Positions 7,962 through 19,411 of a stretch of DNA of 52,077 nucleotides are shown here, in pieces. The DNA is from Bacteroidota bacterium (GTDB lineage Bacteria > Bacteroidota > Bacteroidia > Bacteroidales > VadinHA17): contig JAEYZD010000198.1 of the NCBI GenBank assembly GCA_023430725.1, positions 1-52,077 of the forward strand. Reading direction: 5' to 3'. The position numbers and the translations under genes are program-made. Every line of letters begins with the position of its first letter. Position 1 is the first letter of the stretch. Below the pieces are notes generated by a model. It worked only from the letters and a program-made list of their open reading frames with translations. It did not search any database and was not told the origin of the DNA.

Positions 7962-10118
7962 TTATTCCTCTTCTTCTTCCGATTCGTATGCCTTGATGAC
8001 GGAATCCTGGACTTCGCCGGGAACCTGTGCATACTCGGAGAACTTCATTGTGTACATCGCACGGCCGCCGGTGAGGGAGCTGAGAGCGGTTGAGTACTTG
8101 TTCATCTCGGCCAGGGGCACCCTTGCCTTGATCACCTCAAAGCCTTTCTCGCTTGACATCCCGAGAACCATACCGCGACGGCCCTGAAGGTCGCTGATCA
8201 CATCACCCATGCGGTCTGCCGGAACCCAGATCTCAACATCGTAAACGGGCTCGAGGATCTTCGGACCGGCATTCTTGAATGCGGTGCTGAATGCATTGCG
8301 GCCTGCCAGACGGAATGAGATTTCGTTTGAGTCAACCGGGTGCATCTTGCCGTCATAGACATAAACCCTGATGTCACGGGCGTAGGAACCGGTGAGAGGA
8401 CCAACCTCCATCTTTTCCATGATACCCTTCAGGATTGCCGGCATGAAACGTGCATCAATGGAACCTCCAACGATACAGTTAACATATACCAGCTTGCCGC
8501 CCCACGGAAGCTCAATCTCCTCCTTGTCACGGTTGGAAAGCTTGATCTCCTTGCCGGCGATCTTCATCATCGTCTTGGCCTCGGATCCTTCCTCGAAAGG
8601 CTCGATGATCATATGTACCTCTCCAAACTGTCCGGCACCGCCCGACTGCTTCTTGTGACGGTAGTCGGCCTGTGCTGATTTGGTGATTGTCTCACGGTAG
8701 GGGATCTTCGGTGCAAGGAACTGTGTCTCTATCTTATAGATATTGTCAAGGTGCCACTTCAGAATGTTGAGATGGTATTCACCCTGGCCGTGGATGAGTA
8801 TCTGCTTGAGTTCCTTGGAGTACTCCACGATGATTGTGGGATCCTCCTGATGCATCCTGTTGAGTGCCTCACCCATCTTCTCCTCGTCGCTTTCGCTGAG
8901 GGGCTTGATGGCTGCACGGTATTTGGGAGCGGGGAACTTCATGTCCTCATATGTCCAGTCGTTGCCAGGAGCATTGAGGGTATGGTTTGTCTTTGTGTTC
9001 TTCAGTTTGACGAAGCCGCCGATGTCACCTGCCTGGATCTCGGGGATGCGTGTGCGGTTCTTGCCGGCACATGCGAAGATCTGTGAGAGACGTTCCTTTG
9101 TTCCGTTGCTTGTGTTCACAGCGTCAAAGTTCTCACTGATCTTGCCTGACAATACCCTGAAGTAGTTGATCTCGCCGATGTGCTCCTCGAGGGTTGTCTT
9201 GAAGACGAATACCGATGCAGGACCGGCAGGATTGCATTTCACCTCGGTGCCCCTTGCGTTCTTAACCGCGGGCATGTCAGCGGGTGAAGGGGCAGAGACA
9301 GCCACGAAATCGAGCAGCCTGTCAACACCTATGTTACCCTTTGATGAAACGCAGAATACAGGGAAGATACCCCTCTTAAGGAGTCCCTGGCGCAGTCCGC
9401 GGCCAATCTCCTCCTCGGTAAGCTTATCATTGGCAAAGAAGAGTTCCATGAGCGATTCATCGCTTTCGGCAACCTTTTCGGTGAGTGCTGCATGAAGTTC
9501 TTCGGCTTTTGCCTGGTGTTCGGCCGGGATGTCAAGCACTTCGGCTTTGCCACCTTCCTTGGCGTAGCGCAGCATCTTCATGCTGATAACGTCAATGATG
9601 GTGTTGAATCCGAGCCCTTCGTTCACCGGGAACTGTGCAAGGGTGACGTTGGTCCCGAGACGCTCGTGGAGCATCTCAACGGTCTTCTCGAAGTTGGCTT
9701 TCTCATGGTCAAGGCCGTTGACCGCAATGATGAGAGGCTTGTGGAACTTCTCGGCATGCCTGAAGTGAATCTCGGTACCCACCTCAACGCCGTTCTGCAC
9801 GTTGATCACCAGCATTGCAGTGTCCGCGGCATACATTGATGATATCACCCCTCCGGAAAAATCGTCAAGGCCAGGGGTGTCAAGGATGTTTATCTTCTTG
9901 TCCCTGAACTCAGCATAAAGCACTGTTGAATAAATGGAGTTTCGGTTCTCCTGCTCGATCGGTTTGTAATCTGAGACGGTGTTTTTTGCTTCTACTGTAC
10001 CCCGTCTCTCAATGACCCCGCCGTTGAAAAGCATTGCTTCCGCGAGAGTTGTCTTGCCTGAGCCCGAGTTTCCCAGCAGAACAATGTTCCTTAGGTGGTC
10101 TGTTGAGTATGTCTTCAT
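7962..10118 (-). CDS. Elongation factor G paralogue (EF-G2-like) with degenerate GTPase motifs
   Basis: 718 aa, full EF-G length. The P-loop GNSGSGKTT is intact. G3 reads DTPGLDDF versus canonical DTPGHVDF. G4 reads NGLD versus NKMD. Domain IV/V-like C-terminus (MGDVISDLQGRRGMVLGM). Confidence 0.9.
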   Translation of the reverse strand: MKTYSTDHLRNIVLLGNSGSGKTTLAEAMLFNGGVIERRGTVEAKNTVSDYKPIEQENRNSIYSTVLYAEFRDKKINILDTPGLDDFSGGVISSMYAADTAMLVINVQNGVEVGTEIHFRHAEKFHKPLIIAVNGLDHEKANFEKTVEMLHERLGTNVTLAQFPVNEGLGFNTIIDVISMKMLRYAKEGGKAEVLDIPAEHQAKAEELHAALTEKVAESDESLMELFFANDKLTEEEIGRGLRQGLLKRGIFPVFCVSSKGNIGVDRLLDFVAVSAPSPADMPAVKNARGTEVKCNPAGPASVFVFKTTLEEHIGEINYFRVLSGKISENFDAVNTSNGTKERLSQIFACAGKNRTRIPEIQAGDIGGFVKLKNTKTNHTLNAPGNDWTYEDMKFPAPKYRAAIKPLSESDEEKMGEALNRMHQEDPTIIVEYSKELKQILIHGQGEYHLNILKWHLDNIYKIETQFLAPKIPYRETITKSAQADYRHKKQSGGAGQFGEVHMIIEPFEEGSEAKTMMKIAGKEIKLSNRDKEEIELPWGGKLVYVNCIVGGSIDARFMPAILKGIMEKMEVGPLTGSYARDIRVYVYDGKMHPVDSNEISFRLAGRNAFSTAFKNAGPKILEPVYDVEIWVPADRMGDVISDLQGRRGMVLGMSSEKGFEVIKARVPLAEMNKYSTALSSLTGGRAMYTMKFSEYAQVPGEVQDSVIKAYESEEEEE

Positions 10119-10169
10119 CTTCGGCTGTTGTTATTATATATATAATGTATTTCGTCCGTTGTGGGAGCG

Positions 10170-10177
10170 CAAAAATA
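10170..10177 (-). promoter_or_regulatory. Candidate -7 box (TATTTTTG) for the EF-G paralogue
   Basis: The minus strand reads TTTGtTATTTTTG. The box lies about 52 nt upstream of the ATG at 10118. Confidence 0.4.
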
Positions 10178-10522
10178 ACAAATTTTCAAAAGATTGCATA
10201 TAAAGTGATGGCTGTTTGAAAAATAATTACTTTCTTTGCGGCGGTTTTTTGAGAACAGGAGTACCGGTCAATCCGTCAGTGTGTAAGTTTACAAAAGATG
10301 TCGGAAGGAGAGGTCGGGAAGAAAATCCTGGAATAACTTACAAACCATAAGTTACATCTTCAGAAAACTTTGCTTTCGGGGCGCAGTGGCGGCCTGCCGT
10401 GTCTGTGTCGTCCGGAAGCATGGGGTTAAACGGTTATCCGTGTGCACGGTGTGCAGGCGGGGTGAATTAAACAGATTATTTGCATAAGAGAATAATAAAG
10501 GAAAATTAATTAAAAGAGAATT

Positions 10523-10897
10523 ATGCCAACAATTCAGCAGTTAGTTAGAAAAGGCCGCAAGAAGCTGGTAGACAAGAGTAAGGCACCTGCTCTTGACTCA
10601 TGCCCGCAGCGCAGGGGAGTATGTGTTCGCGTATATACTACCACGCCAAAGAAACCTAACTCAGCCATGAGAAAAGTAGCCAGGGTAAGGCTGACCAACC
10701 AGAAGGAGGTCAACGCCTATATTCCGGGTGAAGGACACAACCTGCAGGAGCACTCCATAGTGCTTATCAGGGGTGGCAGGGTTAAGGACCTGCCGGGCGT
10801 CCGCTACCATCTTGTCCGTGGCGCACTTGATACATCCGGTGTTGATGGCCGCAGGCAGAGAAGGTCAAAATACGGAGCAAAAAGACCAAAGAAGTAA
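10523..10897 (+). CDS. rpsL: 30S ribosomal protein S12
   Basis: 124 aa. [14 protein letters not shown] and [10 protein letters not shown]. First gene of the str operon. Confidence 0.98.
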   Translation: MPTIQQLVRKGRKKLVDKSKAPALDSCPQRRGVCVRVYTTTPKKPNSAMRKVARVRLTNQKEVNAYIPGEGHNLQEHSIVLIRGGRVKDLPGVRYHLVRGALDTSGVDGRRQRRSKYGAKRPKK

Positions 10898-10916
10898 CAG
10901 CTAAAGGATTCACAAT

Positions 10917-11393
10917 ATGAGAAAGGCAAAACCAAAGAAGAGGATCCTCCTACCGGACCCGAAATTCAACGATCCGTACGTTACCCGTTTCATCAATAAC
11001 CTGATGTACGATGGTAAGAAGACCGTTGCCTTCAGGATTTTCTATGATTCACTTGACATAGTCGCTGACAAGATGAAGAATGCGGAAAAGAGTCCGCTCG
11101 AGATCTGGAAACAGGCTCTTGACAACATCACTCCGCATGTTGAGGTGAAAAGCCGCAGGGTCGGTGGTGCAACATTCCAGGTGCCCCTTGAGATACGCCC
11201 TGACCGTAAGGTAAGCATAAGCATGAAGAACCTTATTCTCTTCGCCCGCAAGCGCACCGGCCGCAGCATGGCTGACAAGCTTGCCGCAGAGGTGATGGCC
11301 GCCTACAACAATGAAGGCGGAGCATACAAGAAGAAGGAAGATACTCACCGTATGGCCGAAGCCAACAAGGCCTTCGCTCACTTCCGGTTCTGA
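10917..11393 (+). CDS. rpsG: 30S ribosomal protein S7
   Basis: 158 aa. [16 protein letters not shown]. Follows rpsL. Confidence 0.98.
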   Translation: MRKAKPKKRILLPDPKFNDPYVTRFINNLMYDGKKTVAFRIFYDSLDIVADKMKNAEKSPLEIWKQALDNITPHVEVKSRRVGGATFQVPLEIRPDRKVSISMKNLILFARKRTGRSMADKLAAEVMAAYNNEGGAYKKKEDTHRMAEANKAFAHFRF

Positions 11394-11426
11394 TCAGACT
11401 GATGCGCAGATAACCAGCAGCCAAAG

Positions 11427-13529
11427 ATGAACAACGATCTCAGATATACCAGGAATATTGGCATTATGGCCCACATCGATGCCGGGAAGACAACTACTTC
11501 CGAGCGCATCCTCTATTACACGGGCCGTGTACACCGCATCGGCGAAGTCGATTCGGGCAATGCCACTATGGACTGGATGGTGCAGGAGCAGGAGAGAGGG
11601 ATCACAATTACATCGGCGGCCACAACCACCTTCTGGAAATACAGGGACCAGCTCTACAAGATCAACCTTATTGATACCCCGGGACACGTCGACTTCACGG
11701 TCGAGGTTGAAAGGTCGCTCCGCGTGCTTGACGGCGCCGTGGCGGTCTTCTGTGCCGTGGGCGGGGTTGAGCCGCAGAGCGAAACCGTCTGGCGCCAGGC
11801 CGACAAGTACAAGGTACCCCGGATAGCGTTCGTCAACAAGATGGACCGTAAGGGAGCCGACTTCCAGGGAGTGGTGCAGCAGATGATTGACAAGCTCGGC
11901 GCCCACCCGGTACCCGTGCAGATACCAATCGGTTCAGAGGACAGCTTCGAAGGACTTATTGACCTCATTGATATGCAGGCCATAATCTTCGAGGACGGTG
12001 CCGATCCGCTGCAGAACTTTACCGTAAAGCCCATCCCGGATTTCATGAAGGAGGAGGCCGAGGAGTGGAGAATGAAACTTATTGAGGCTTGCGCCGAGAT
12101 GGATGACTCCATCCTTGAGCGTTACCTTGACAACCATGAGAGCATCACCTCGGATGAACTCATGGCAGTGCTACGCCGCGAGACGGTTGAGGGAGTCATA
12201 GTCCCGGTCTTCTGCGGTGCAGCATTCAAGAACAAGGGGGTACAGCGCCTCATCAACGGAGTTATGGCGTATCTTCCCTCGCCGGTGGATGTAGGTGCCG
12301 TCAAGGGCACTGATCCGCGTGACGAGAAGGAGGAAACACGTGACCCCGATGCAGGTGAGCCTTTTGCTGCCCTCGCTTTTAAAATTGCTACCGATCCGTA
12401 TATGGGAAGACTTGTCTTCATGAGGGTCTATTCAGGCACTCTCAATGCCGGAGACACGGTTCTCAATACAAGGAGCGGCAAGAGGGAGAGGATCAACCGC
12501 CTCTTCCAGATGCATGCAAACAAGCAGAACCCGGTTGACAGCGTCAGTGCAGGTGACATCTGTGCAGGCGTAGGGTTCAAAGACCTTAAGACAGGAGACA
12601 CTCTCTGTGCCATCAACAAGCCTATCATATTCGAATCAATGGAGTTCCCGGAACCGGTTATCTGGATCGCCATCGAACCGAAAACACAGGCTGACGTTGA
12701 CCGTCTGGGCAACGCTCTCGGCAAGCTTGCCGAGGAGGATCCCACCTTCAGGGTGAAGACCGATCCCGACAGCGGACAGACAGTCATCAGCGGCATGGGT
12801 GAGCTGCATCTTGAAATTCTTATTGACCGTCTTAAGAGAGAGTTCAATGTTGAATGCAACCAGGGAAGACCCCAGGTGGCATACAAGGAGGCCGTCACAA
12901 CGTCCTACACACACAGGGAGCTCTTCAGGAAACAGACAGGCGGCAGGGGTAAATTCGCGGATATCACCGTGGAGATAATGCCTGCCGAAGACAATGTTCC
13001 CGGACTGACCTTCGTGAATGAGATCAGGGGAGGCAATGTGCCCAAGGAATACATCCCGTCAGTTGAAAAGGGATTCCGTGAGGCAATGATGAACGGCCCG
13101 CTGGCCGGCTTCCCGCTTGACAGCCTCAAGGTTATCCTCAAAGACGGTTCGTACCATCCCGTTGACTCAGATTCGCTCTCGTTCGAGATTGCAGCCAAGC
13201 AGGCCTTCCGCCATGCAGCGTCAAAGTGCCGCCCTGTACTCCTCGAACCGGTGATGAGCGCCGAAGTCGTTACCCCCGAAGAATACGTGGGTGACGTGAT
13301 AGGCGACTTCAACAAGCGCAGGGGCAAGGTGGAAGGTATGGAATCGAAAGCAGGTGCAAGGGTAATTAAAGCAAAAGTACCTCTGGCAGAAAACTTCGGC
13401 TATGTTACCGTACTGCGTACCCTTACCTCCGGCAGGGCTACATCAACGATGGAGTTCTCGCACTTTGACGAGGTGCCTGCAGAATTAGCGAAGAAAATTA
13501 TTGAAGTAACAACAGGAAAAATTCTTTAA
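11427..13529 (+). CDS. fusA: Elongation factor G (canonical)
   Basis: 700 aa. [23 protein letters not shown] and NKMD are all intact. Lies in the str operon after rpsG. Confidence 0.98.
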   Translation: MNNDLRYTRNIGIMAHIDAGKTTTSERILYYTGRVHRIGEVDSGNATMDWMVQEQERGITITSAATTTFWKYRDQLYKINLIDTPGHVDFTVEVERSLRVLDGAVAVFCAVGGVEPQSETVWRQADKYKVPRIAFVNKMDRKGADFQGVVQQMIDKLGAHPVPVQIPIGSEDSFEGLIDLIDMQAIIFEDGADPLQNFTVKPIPDFMKEEAEEWRMKLIEACAEMDDSILERYLDNHESITSDELMAVLRRETVEGVIVPVFCGAAFKNKGVQRLINGVMAYLPSPVDVGAVKGTDPRDEKEETRDPDAGEPFAALAFKIATDPYMGRLVFMRVYSGTLNAGDTVLNTRSGKRERINRLFQMHANKQNPVDSVSAGDICAGVGFKDLKTGDTLCAINKPIIFESMEFPEPVIWIAIEPKTQADVDRLGNALGKLAEEDPTFRVKTDPDSGQTVISGMGELHLEILIDRLKREFNVECNQGRPQVAYKEAVTTSYTHRELFRKQTGGRGKFADITVEIMPAEDNVPGLTFVNEIRGGNVPKEYIPSVEKGFREAMMNGPLAGFPLDSLKVILKDGSYHPVDSDSLSFEIAAKQAFRHAASKCRPVLLEPVMSAEVVTPEEYVGDVIGDFNKRRGKVEGMESKAGARVIKAKVPLAENFGYVTVLRTLTSGRATSTMEFSHFDEVPAELAKKIIEVTTGKIL

Positions 13530-13534
13530 GAAAG

Positions 13535-13840
13535 ATGAGTCAGAAAATCCGCATCAAACTGAAGTCTTACGATCACAACCTGGTCGACAAGTCGGCCGAG
13601 AAGATTGTCAAGACAGTCAAATCGACGGGTGCAGTTGTCAGCGGTCCCATACCGTTGCCCACCCACAAGAAGATCTATACGGTGCTTCGTTCACCGTTCG
13701 TGAACAAGAAATCAAGAGAGCAGTTCGAACTGTCATCGTACAAGCGCCTGCTTGACATATACAGCTCAACACCAAAAACCATCGATGCTCTGATGAAGCT
13801 TGAGCTGCCCAGCGGAGTTGAAGTGGAAATTAAAGTGTGA
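13535..13840 (+). CDS. rpsJ: 30S ribosomal protein S10
   Basis: 101 aa. [14 protein letters not shown]. First gene of the S10 operon. Confidence 0.98.
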   Translation: MSQKIRIKLKSYDHNLVDKSAEKIVKTVKSTGAVVSGPIPLPTHKKIYTVLRSPFVNKKSREQFELSSYKRLLDIYSSTPKTIDALMKLELPSGVEVEIKV

Positions 13841-13861
13841 AACCGGAAAAATTACTGAATT

Positions 13862-14479
13862 ATGCAGGGATTAATAGGAAAAAAGGTTGGAATGACCTCC
13901 GTATTCAATGAGGAGGGGAAAAGCATTCCATGCACAGTACTGGAGGTGGGCCCGTGTGTCGTATCCCAGGTTAAGACTGTGGAGACAGACGGTTATGCCG
14001 CTTTGCAGCTCAGTTTCGACGATAAGAAGGAAAAGGCAAGCAATAAGGCTGAGATAGGACATTTCAAGCAGGCCGGTACAGGTCCGAAGAGGAAGATAGC
14101 CGAGTTCTCGGGATTCGAAGACGGAAAATACAAGAGGGGAGACGTCATCACAGTCGATCTCTTCAGTAATGATAGTTTTCTTGATGTAAGAGGCTGGACA
14201 AAGGGCAAGGGCTTTCAGGGCGTTATCAAGCGTCACGGTTTCGGCGGTGTTGGCGGTACGACCCACGGCCAGCACAACAGGCTCAGGGCTCCCGGTTCGG
14301 TAGGTGCTTCATCATGGCCTTCAAGGGTTATGCCCGGCATGCGCATGGCAGGCCGTACAGGCGGAAGACAGCAGGAGACAGAACTGAAGGTTGTAAAGAT
14401 CCTTCCTGAATCAAACCTGCTTCTTGTCAAGGGCGCCGTCCCCGGCCCCAAAGGTGGTTACGTAATAATAACAAAGTAA
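13862..14479 (+). CDS. rplC: 50S ribosomal protein L3
   Basis: 205 aa. [13 protein letters not shown]. Confidence 0.97.
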   Translation: MQGLIGKKVGMTSVFNEEGKSIPCTVLEVGPCVVSQVKTVETDGYAALQLSFDDKKEKASNKAEIGHFKQAGTGPKRKIAEFSGFEDGKYKRGDVITVDLFSNDSFLDVRGWTKGKGFQGVIKRHGFGGVGGTTHGQHNRLRAPGSVGASSWPSRVMPGMRMAGRTGGRQQETELKVVKILPESNLLLVKGAVPGPKGGYVIITK

Positions 14480-15102
14480 TGGAATTAGCAGTAGTTAACA
14501 TAGAAGGCAAAGAGACCGGAAGAAAGGTCAACCTGAATGAGACCATCTTCGGCATTGAACCCAATGACCACGCTATCTATCTTGATACCAAACAGTATCT
14601 GGCCAGCCAGAGACAGGGTACTCACAAAGCCAAGGAACGCAACGAGGTCATGGGCAGCACACGCAAGCTCAAGAGACAGAAGGGCACCGGAACAGCCCGC
14701 TTCGGAAGCATCAAGAACCCCGAGTTCCGCGGCGGTGGCCGTATCTTCGGCCCCAGACCCAGATTCTACGGATTCAAGCTTAACAAAAAGGTAAAACAGC
14801 TTGCCAGGAAATCGGCACTCTCATACAAGGCACGTGAAAACAAAATCATCGTCCTTGAGGACTTCTCACTGGAGGTTCCGAAGACTTCAAAGATGGTCGG
14901 TATGAGCACAAACCTCAAACTCAGCAAGAAAAATTCACTTATTGTTTTACCGGAACAAAATAAAAACATATATTTGTCATCTCGAAATTTGCAGGGAGTT
15001 GAAGTTGTAACTATCAGTGATTTAAATACTTACAATATTATGAAAGCTTCAACTCTCGTGCTGACAGAGAGCGCAGTTGATGTTTTGCAGTCAACTTTAT
15101 AA
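14479..15102 (+). CDS. rplD: 50S ribosomal protein L4
   Basis: 207 aa. TAATG one-base overlap with rpl[21 protein letters not shown]. Confidence 0.97.
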   Translation: MELAVVNIEGKETGRKVNLNETIFGIEPNDHAIYLDTKQYLASQRQGTHKAKERNEVMGSTRKLKRQKGTGTARFGSIKNPEFRGGGRIFGPRPRFYGFKLNKKVKQLARKSALSYKARENKIIVLEDFSLEVPKTSKMVGMSTNLKLSKKNSLIVLPEQNKNIYLSSRNLQGVEVVTISDLNTYNIMKASTLVLTESAVDVLQSTL

Positions 15103-15117
15103 ACCAGGAGCAGAGAT

Positions 15118-15408
15118 ATGGAAATATTGATTAAACCCATAGTGACCGAGAAGATGACCAGCCAGGGCGAAGCCTTCAACAGGTATGGTTTCCTGGTTGC
15201 GCGCAAGGCTAACAAGCTGCAGATCAAGAAGGCAGTTGAGGAGCTTTACGGCGTGAACGTTGAATCGGTGAACACCATTAACTACGGTGGCAAGACAAAG
15301 ACGCGTTATACCAAGAGTGGTATGATGAGTGGACGGACGGCAGCAATCAAGAAAGCTGTTGTCACTCTCGCCAAAGGAGAGACAATTGATTTTTACAGCA
15401 ACATTTAA
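15118..15408 (+). CDS. rplW: 50S ribosomal protein L23
   Basis: 96 aa. Conserved position between L4 and L2. KKAVEELYGVNVESVNT. Confidence 0.95.
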   Translation: MEILIKPIVTEKMTSQGEAFNRYGFLVARKANKLQIKKAVEELYGVNVESVNTINYGGKTKTRYTKSGMMSGRTAAIKKAVVTLAKGETIDFYSNI

Positions 15409-15414
15409 TATAAT

Positions 15415-16239
15415 ATGGCAGTCAGAAAGATCAAGCCTGTAACACCAGGCCAGAGACATAAAGTCGCGAGTACCTTTGAGGAGGTTACCCGTGACACGCC
15501 GGAGAAATCCTTACTCGCGCCGCTCAGGAAGACAGGAGGAAGGAACGTTAACGGCAGGCGGACCATGAGGTACATCGGCGGCGGCCACAAGAAGATGTAC
15601 CGTGTGATCGATTTTCAGAGGACCAAGGACGGCGTTGCCGCGAAGGTCACATCGATCGAGTACGATCCGAACCGTACGGCACGCATAGCCCTTCTCACAT
15701 ATGCTGACGGAGAGAAGAGGTATATAATTGCCCCGAACGGTCTGAAGGTTGGACAGGAGCTTATGTCAGGAAAGACGGCATCGCCGGAGATCGGCAACAC
15801 CCTGTTTCTTGAGGACATACCTCTCGGTACAATTGTTCACAACATTGAGCTGAAGCCCGGAAGGGGTGCAGCCATGGCCCGCAGTGCAGGCACTTTTGCA
15901 CAGCTGGCTGCCCGTGACGGCAAGTATGCAATCATCAAGCTCCCTTCGGGTGAGACCAGGATGGTTCTTACGACATGCCGCGCAACCATCGGAACAGTTT
16001 CGAACACTGATCACAACCAGGAGAGGTCAGGCAAGGCAGGGCGCAAGCGCTGGCTCGGCCGCAGGCCAAGAACCAGGGGTGTTGCAATGAACCCTGTTGA
16101 CCATCCCATGGGTGGTGGCGAGGGAAGGGCCTCGGGAGGCCATCCGCGCTCACGCAGTGGTATGCCTGCCAAAGGTTTCAAGACCAGGAGCAAGACCAAG
16201 TATTCGAACAAGCATATTATTGAAAGAAGGAAAAAATAA
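15415..16239 (+). CDS. rplB: 50S ribosomal protein L2
   Basis: 274 aa. [15 protein letters not shown] and HPMGGGEGR. Confidence 0.98.
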   Translation: MAVRKIKPVTPGQRHKVASTFEEVTRDTPEKSLLAPLRKTGGRNVNGRRTMRYIGGGHKKMYRVIDFQRTKDGVAAKVTSIEYDPNRTARIALLTYADGEKRYIIAPNGLKVGQELMSGKTASPEIGNTLFLEDIPLGTIVHNIELKPGRGAAMARSAGTFAQLAARDGKYAIIKLPSGETRMVLTTCRATIGTVSNTDHNQERSGKAGRKRWLGRRPRTRGVAMNPVDHPMGGGEGRASGGHPRSRSGMPAKGFKTRSKTKYSNKHIIERRKK

Positions 16240-16247
16240 TTGATACG

Positions 16248-16514
16248 ATGACAAGATCCATTAAGAAAGGCCCCTTCATCGATCTCCACCTGGGCAATAA
16301 GGTGGATAAAATGAATGACAGCGGAAAGAAAACTGTGATCAAGACCTGGTCAAGAAGATCAGTTATTTCTCCCGACTTTGTGGGACACACACTGGCAGTG
16401 CATAACGGAAACAAATTCATACCTGTTTACATTACCGAGAACATGGTTGGTCATAAGCTGGGTGAGTTTGCCCCTACCCGCACCTTCCGCGGTCACGGCG
16501 GGAAACAGAAATAG
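16248..16514 (+). CDS. rpsS: 30S ribosomal protein S19
   Basis: 88 aa. RSIKKGPF and [23 protein letters not shown]. Confidence 0.98.
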   Translation: MTRSIKKGPFIDLHLGNKVDKMNDSGKKTVIKTWSRRSVISPDFVGHTLAVHNGNKFIPVYITENMVGHKLGEFAPTRTFRGHGGKQK

Positions 16515-16548
16515 GTAATGTGGCATATAAACTGAAAAAGTATCAGAA

Positions 16549-16968
16549 ATGGGTGCAAGAAAAAGAATAAGCGCAGGCGTCAGGAAGGAAGCCGCAAAAG
16601 AGAGGACTCAGGCCGTTCTTCGCAATGTCCCGACCTCCCCGCGCAAGATGAGGCTGGTTACCGATCTTATCAGGGGCCAGGAAATAAACAAGGCTCTTGA
16701 TATTCTCAAGTTCAGCAAGCAGGAAGCATCCCGCAGGCTGGAGAAGCTCCTCCTCTCGGCAATAGCAAACTGGCAGGCCAAGAATGAGGGTGCACGCCTT
16801 GAGGAGAGCAACCTTTATGTGAAAGAGGTACAGGTAGACGGAGGCCGCATACTGCGCCGTATACAGCCTGCCCCCCAGGGAAGGGCTTACCGCATTCGCA
16901 AGAGATCAAACCATGTAACCCTTGTGCTGGGTAGCAGGAAACAGGAAGTTGAAAACATTTCAGAGTAA
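16549..16968 (+). CDS. rplV: 50S ribosomal protein L22
   Basis: 139 aa. [14 protein letters not shown]. Confidence 0.96.
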   Translation: MGARKRISAGVRKEAAKERTQAVLRNVPTSPRKMRLVTDLIRGQEINKALDILKFSKQEASRRLEKLLLSAIANWQAKNEGARLEESNLYVKEVQVDGGRILRRIQPAPQGRAYRIRKRSNHVTLVLGSRKQEVENISE

Positions 16969-16971
16969 ACA

Positions 16972-17754
16972 ATGGGACAGAAAGTTAATCCGATAGGCAA
17001 CAGAGTAGGAATCATCAAGGGATGGGACTCGAACTGGTACGGTGGCAACGACTTCTCAGGGAAGCTTGTTGAGGACACCAAAATCAGGGAATACCTGAAT
17101 GCCAGGCTCGCCAAGGCAAGCCTTTCAAAGATCGTCATTGAGCGTACTCTCAAACTCATAACAGTCACCGTAAACACTGCACGCCCCGGTATCATCATCG
17201 GAAAAGGGGGTCAGGAGGTTGACAAGCTGAAGGAAGAGCTCAAGAAGATCACCAAGAAAGAGGTCCAGATAAACATCTTTGAGGTGAAGCGTCCGGAGCT
17301 TGATGCAGCAATCGTTGCCGGCAATATTGCCCGCCAGGTTGAAGGGAAGATATCTTACCGCCGTGCTATCAAGATGGCAATTGCCTCAACAATGCGCATG
17401 GGTGCCGAAGGTATCAAGGTGGTTATCGCCGGTAGGCTCGGTGGTGCTGAAATGGCCCGTAACGAGACATACAAGGACGGAAGGATTCCACTCCATACAT
17501 TCCGTGCAGACATTGACTATGCCCTTGGCGAAGCACTCACGAAGGTGGGTCTGATAGGGATCAAGGTATGGATCTGCAACGGAGAAGTCTACGGAAAGCG
17601 TGATCTCAGCCCGAACATCGGTGCGAAGAACGTGAAGAGCGGCAAGGCTCCCACCGGCGGCTTCAGGAAGAAGGGCGACCGTGACCGTGACAGGGGTGAC
17701 CGCAGTGACCGTGGTGACCGCGGTGACCGTGGTGGTGACCGCAACAAGAGGTAA
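16972..17754 (+). CDS. rpsC: 30S ribosomal protein S3 with a C-terminal GDR-repeat tail
   Basis: 260 aa. [14 protein letters not shown] and a KH domain. The tail reads [26 protein letters not shown]. Confidence 0.97.
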   Translation: MGQKVNPIGNRVGIIKGWDSNWYGGNDFSGKLVEDTKIREYLNARLAKASLSKIVIERTLKLITVTVNTARPGIIIGKGGQEVDKLKEELKKITKKEVQINIFEVKRPELDAAIVAGNIARQVEGKISYRRAIKMAIASTMRMGAEGIKVVIAGRLGGAEMARNETYKDGRIPLHTFRADIDYALGEALTKVGLIGIKVWICNGEVYGKRDLSPNIGAKNVKSGKAPTGGFRKKGDRDRDRGDRSDRGDRGDRGGDRNKR

Positions 17755-17791
17755 TCGAGATAAGTATATAACTGTTTAATATAATATAGCG

Positions 17792-18211
17792 ATGTTACAA
17801 CCGAAGAAGACCAAGTTCAGGAGGAGCCAGAAGGGCAGGATGAAAGGCAATGCCCAGAGAGGCAATCAGCTGGCATTCGGATCATTTGGCATCAAGACCC
17901 TCGAGGAGGCCTGGATCACCGGCCGTCAGCTTGAGGCTGCACGTCAGGCTGTGACCCGTCACATGAAACGTGAAGGTCAGATCTGGATCCGCGTCTTCCC
18001 TGACAAACCGATAACCAAGAAGCCTGCAGAGGTGCGTATGGGTAAAGGTAAAGGTGCACCCGAAGGTTTCGTGGTCCCTGTTACCCCAGGACGTATTCTC
18101 ATCGAAGCCGAAGGAGTACCCTTCGAAGTGGCAAAGGAAGCACTTCGCCTTGCGGCAGGCAAACTGCCGGTGGCAACCAAGTTCGTGGTACGCCGTGATT
18201 ACGCAGAGTAA
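17792..18211 (+). CDS. rplP: 50S ribosomal protein L16
   Basis: 139 aa. [11 protein letters not shown] and RMGKGKG. Confidence 0.98.
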   Translation: MLQPKKTKFRRSQKGRMKGNAQRGNQLAFGSFGIKTLEEAWITGRQLEAARQAVTRHMKREGQIWIRVFPDKPITKKPAEVRMGKGKGAPEGFVVPVTPGRILIEAEGVPFEVAKEALRLAAGKLPVATKFVVRRDYAE

Positions 18212-18226
18212 AAAAACAACAGAGCG

Positions 18227-18430
18227 ATGAAAAGTTCAGAGATAAGAGAATTAAGCAACCAGGAGCTTCTCGAACGTATTGACAACGAGAAGACCGCACT
18301 CGTGCGCATGAAACTCAACCACGCAATCTCCCCCCTTGAGAATCCGCAGAAGATCAAGGAAAGCAGAAGGACAATTGCCAGGCTCATGACAGAGAAGCGC
18401 AAGAGAGAGATGAAAGAGAATACAAAATAG
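18227..18430 (+). CDS. rpmC: 50S ribosomal protein L29
   Basis: 67 aa. Conserved position. [14 protein letters not shown]. Ends in TAG. Confidence 0.93.
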   Translation: MKSSEIRELSNQELLERIDNEKTALVRMKLNHAISPLENPQKIKESRRTIARLMTEKRKREMKENTK

Positions 18431-18441
18431 TCGTTATCACC

Positions 18442-18699
18442 ATGGAAGAAAGAAATCTTAGAAAAGAGCGAACAGGTGTTGTCGTCAGCAACAAGATGGA
18501 CAAATCTATCGTCGTTGCCATCCACAGGAAGGTCAAGCACCCCATCTATGGCAAGTTCGTCAACAAAACGAAGAAGCTCATGGCTCACGATGAGGAGAAC
18601 GCCTGCAATATCGGTGATACGGTGCGCATAATGGAGACCAGGCCTCTGAGCAAGAATAAAGCCTGGAGATTGGTGGAAATAATTGAAAGAGCTAAGTAA
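18442..18699 (+). CDS. rpsQ: 30S ribosomal protein S17
   Basis: 85 aa. [14 protein letters not shown] and HPIYGKF. Confidence 0.96.
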   Translation: MEERNLRKERTGVVVSNKMDKSIVVAIHRKVKHPIYGKFVNKTKKLMAHDEENACNIGDTVRIMETRPLSKNKAWRLVEIIERAK

Positions 18700-18701
18700 T
18701 T

Positions 18702-19067
18702 ATGATACAGCAGGAAAGCAGGTTGACTGTAGCCGATAACACCGGTGCCAAGGAGGTCCTTTGCATCAGGGTGCTGGGCGGAAGCAAGAAGAGGTATGCG
18801 AGCGTTGGGGACAAAATAGTTGTCTCCGTCAAGAGCGCCCTCCCCTCCGGAGAAGCAAAAAAAGGTACTGTAAGCAAGGCCGTGGTGGTCAGGACAAGGA
18901 AGGAAATACGCCGTGCAGACGGTTCATATATCCGCTTTGATGACAACGCCGTGGTGCTCCTCAACAACCAGGATGAAGTCCGGGGAACCCGCATCTTCGG
19001 ACCTGTTGCCAGGGAACTGCGTGACAAGTACATGAAGATCGTCTCACTTGCACCTGAAGTGTTATAA
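18702..19067 (+). CDS. rplN: 50S ribosomal protein L14
   Basis: 121 aa. [18 protein letters not shown]. Confidence 0.98.
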   Translation: MIQQESRLTVADNTGAKEVLCIRVLGGSKKRYASVGDKIVVSVKSALPSGEAKKGTVSKAVVVRTRKEIRRADGSYIRFDDNAVVLLNNQDEVRGTRIFGPVARELRDKYMKIVSLAPEVL

Positions 19068-19087
19068 GACTTATAAACTGACACCCG

Positions 19088-19411
19088 ATGCAGAAGAAAT
19101 TACACATTAAGAAGGGAGACACAGTGGCTGTAATTGCCGGTGAATCCAAAGGACAGAAAGGCCGTGTCCTCGAGGTAGACAGGGACAAGAGCAAGGCCCT
19201 GGTGGAAGGAGTTAACATGGTATCAAAACATACCAAACCCAACGCCAAGGCACCTCAGGGTGGAATCCTCAAGAAAGAGGCTCCCATCCACATCTCGAAC
19301 CTCATGGTCCTTGACCCGGCCAGCGGTAAGCCCACACGTGTAGGCCGCAAGCTGAATGACAAGAACAAACTGGTACGTTATGCCAAAAAATCAGGAGAGG
19401 AGATCAAGTAA
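19088..19411 (+). CDS. rplX: 50S ribosomal protein L24
   Basis: 107 aa. [18 protein letters not shown] (KOW motif). Confidence 0.96.
   Translation: MQKKLHIKKGDTVAVIAGESKGQKGRVLEVDRDKSKALVEGVNMVSKHTKPNAKAPQGGILKKEAPIHISNLMVLDPASGKPTRVGRKLNDKNKLVRYAKKSGEEIK

Noticed and set aside
10388-10400. The 8-mer CCTGCCGT in the rpsL upstream region, which is identical to the right arm of REP-like copies A and D, as a possible half-element.
   Set aside because: An 8-mer match is expected by chance about once in a window of this size on two strands. The AGGTCT/AGACCT core is absent.
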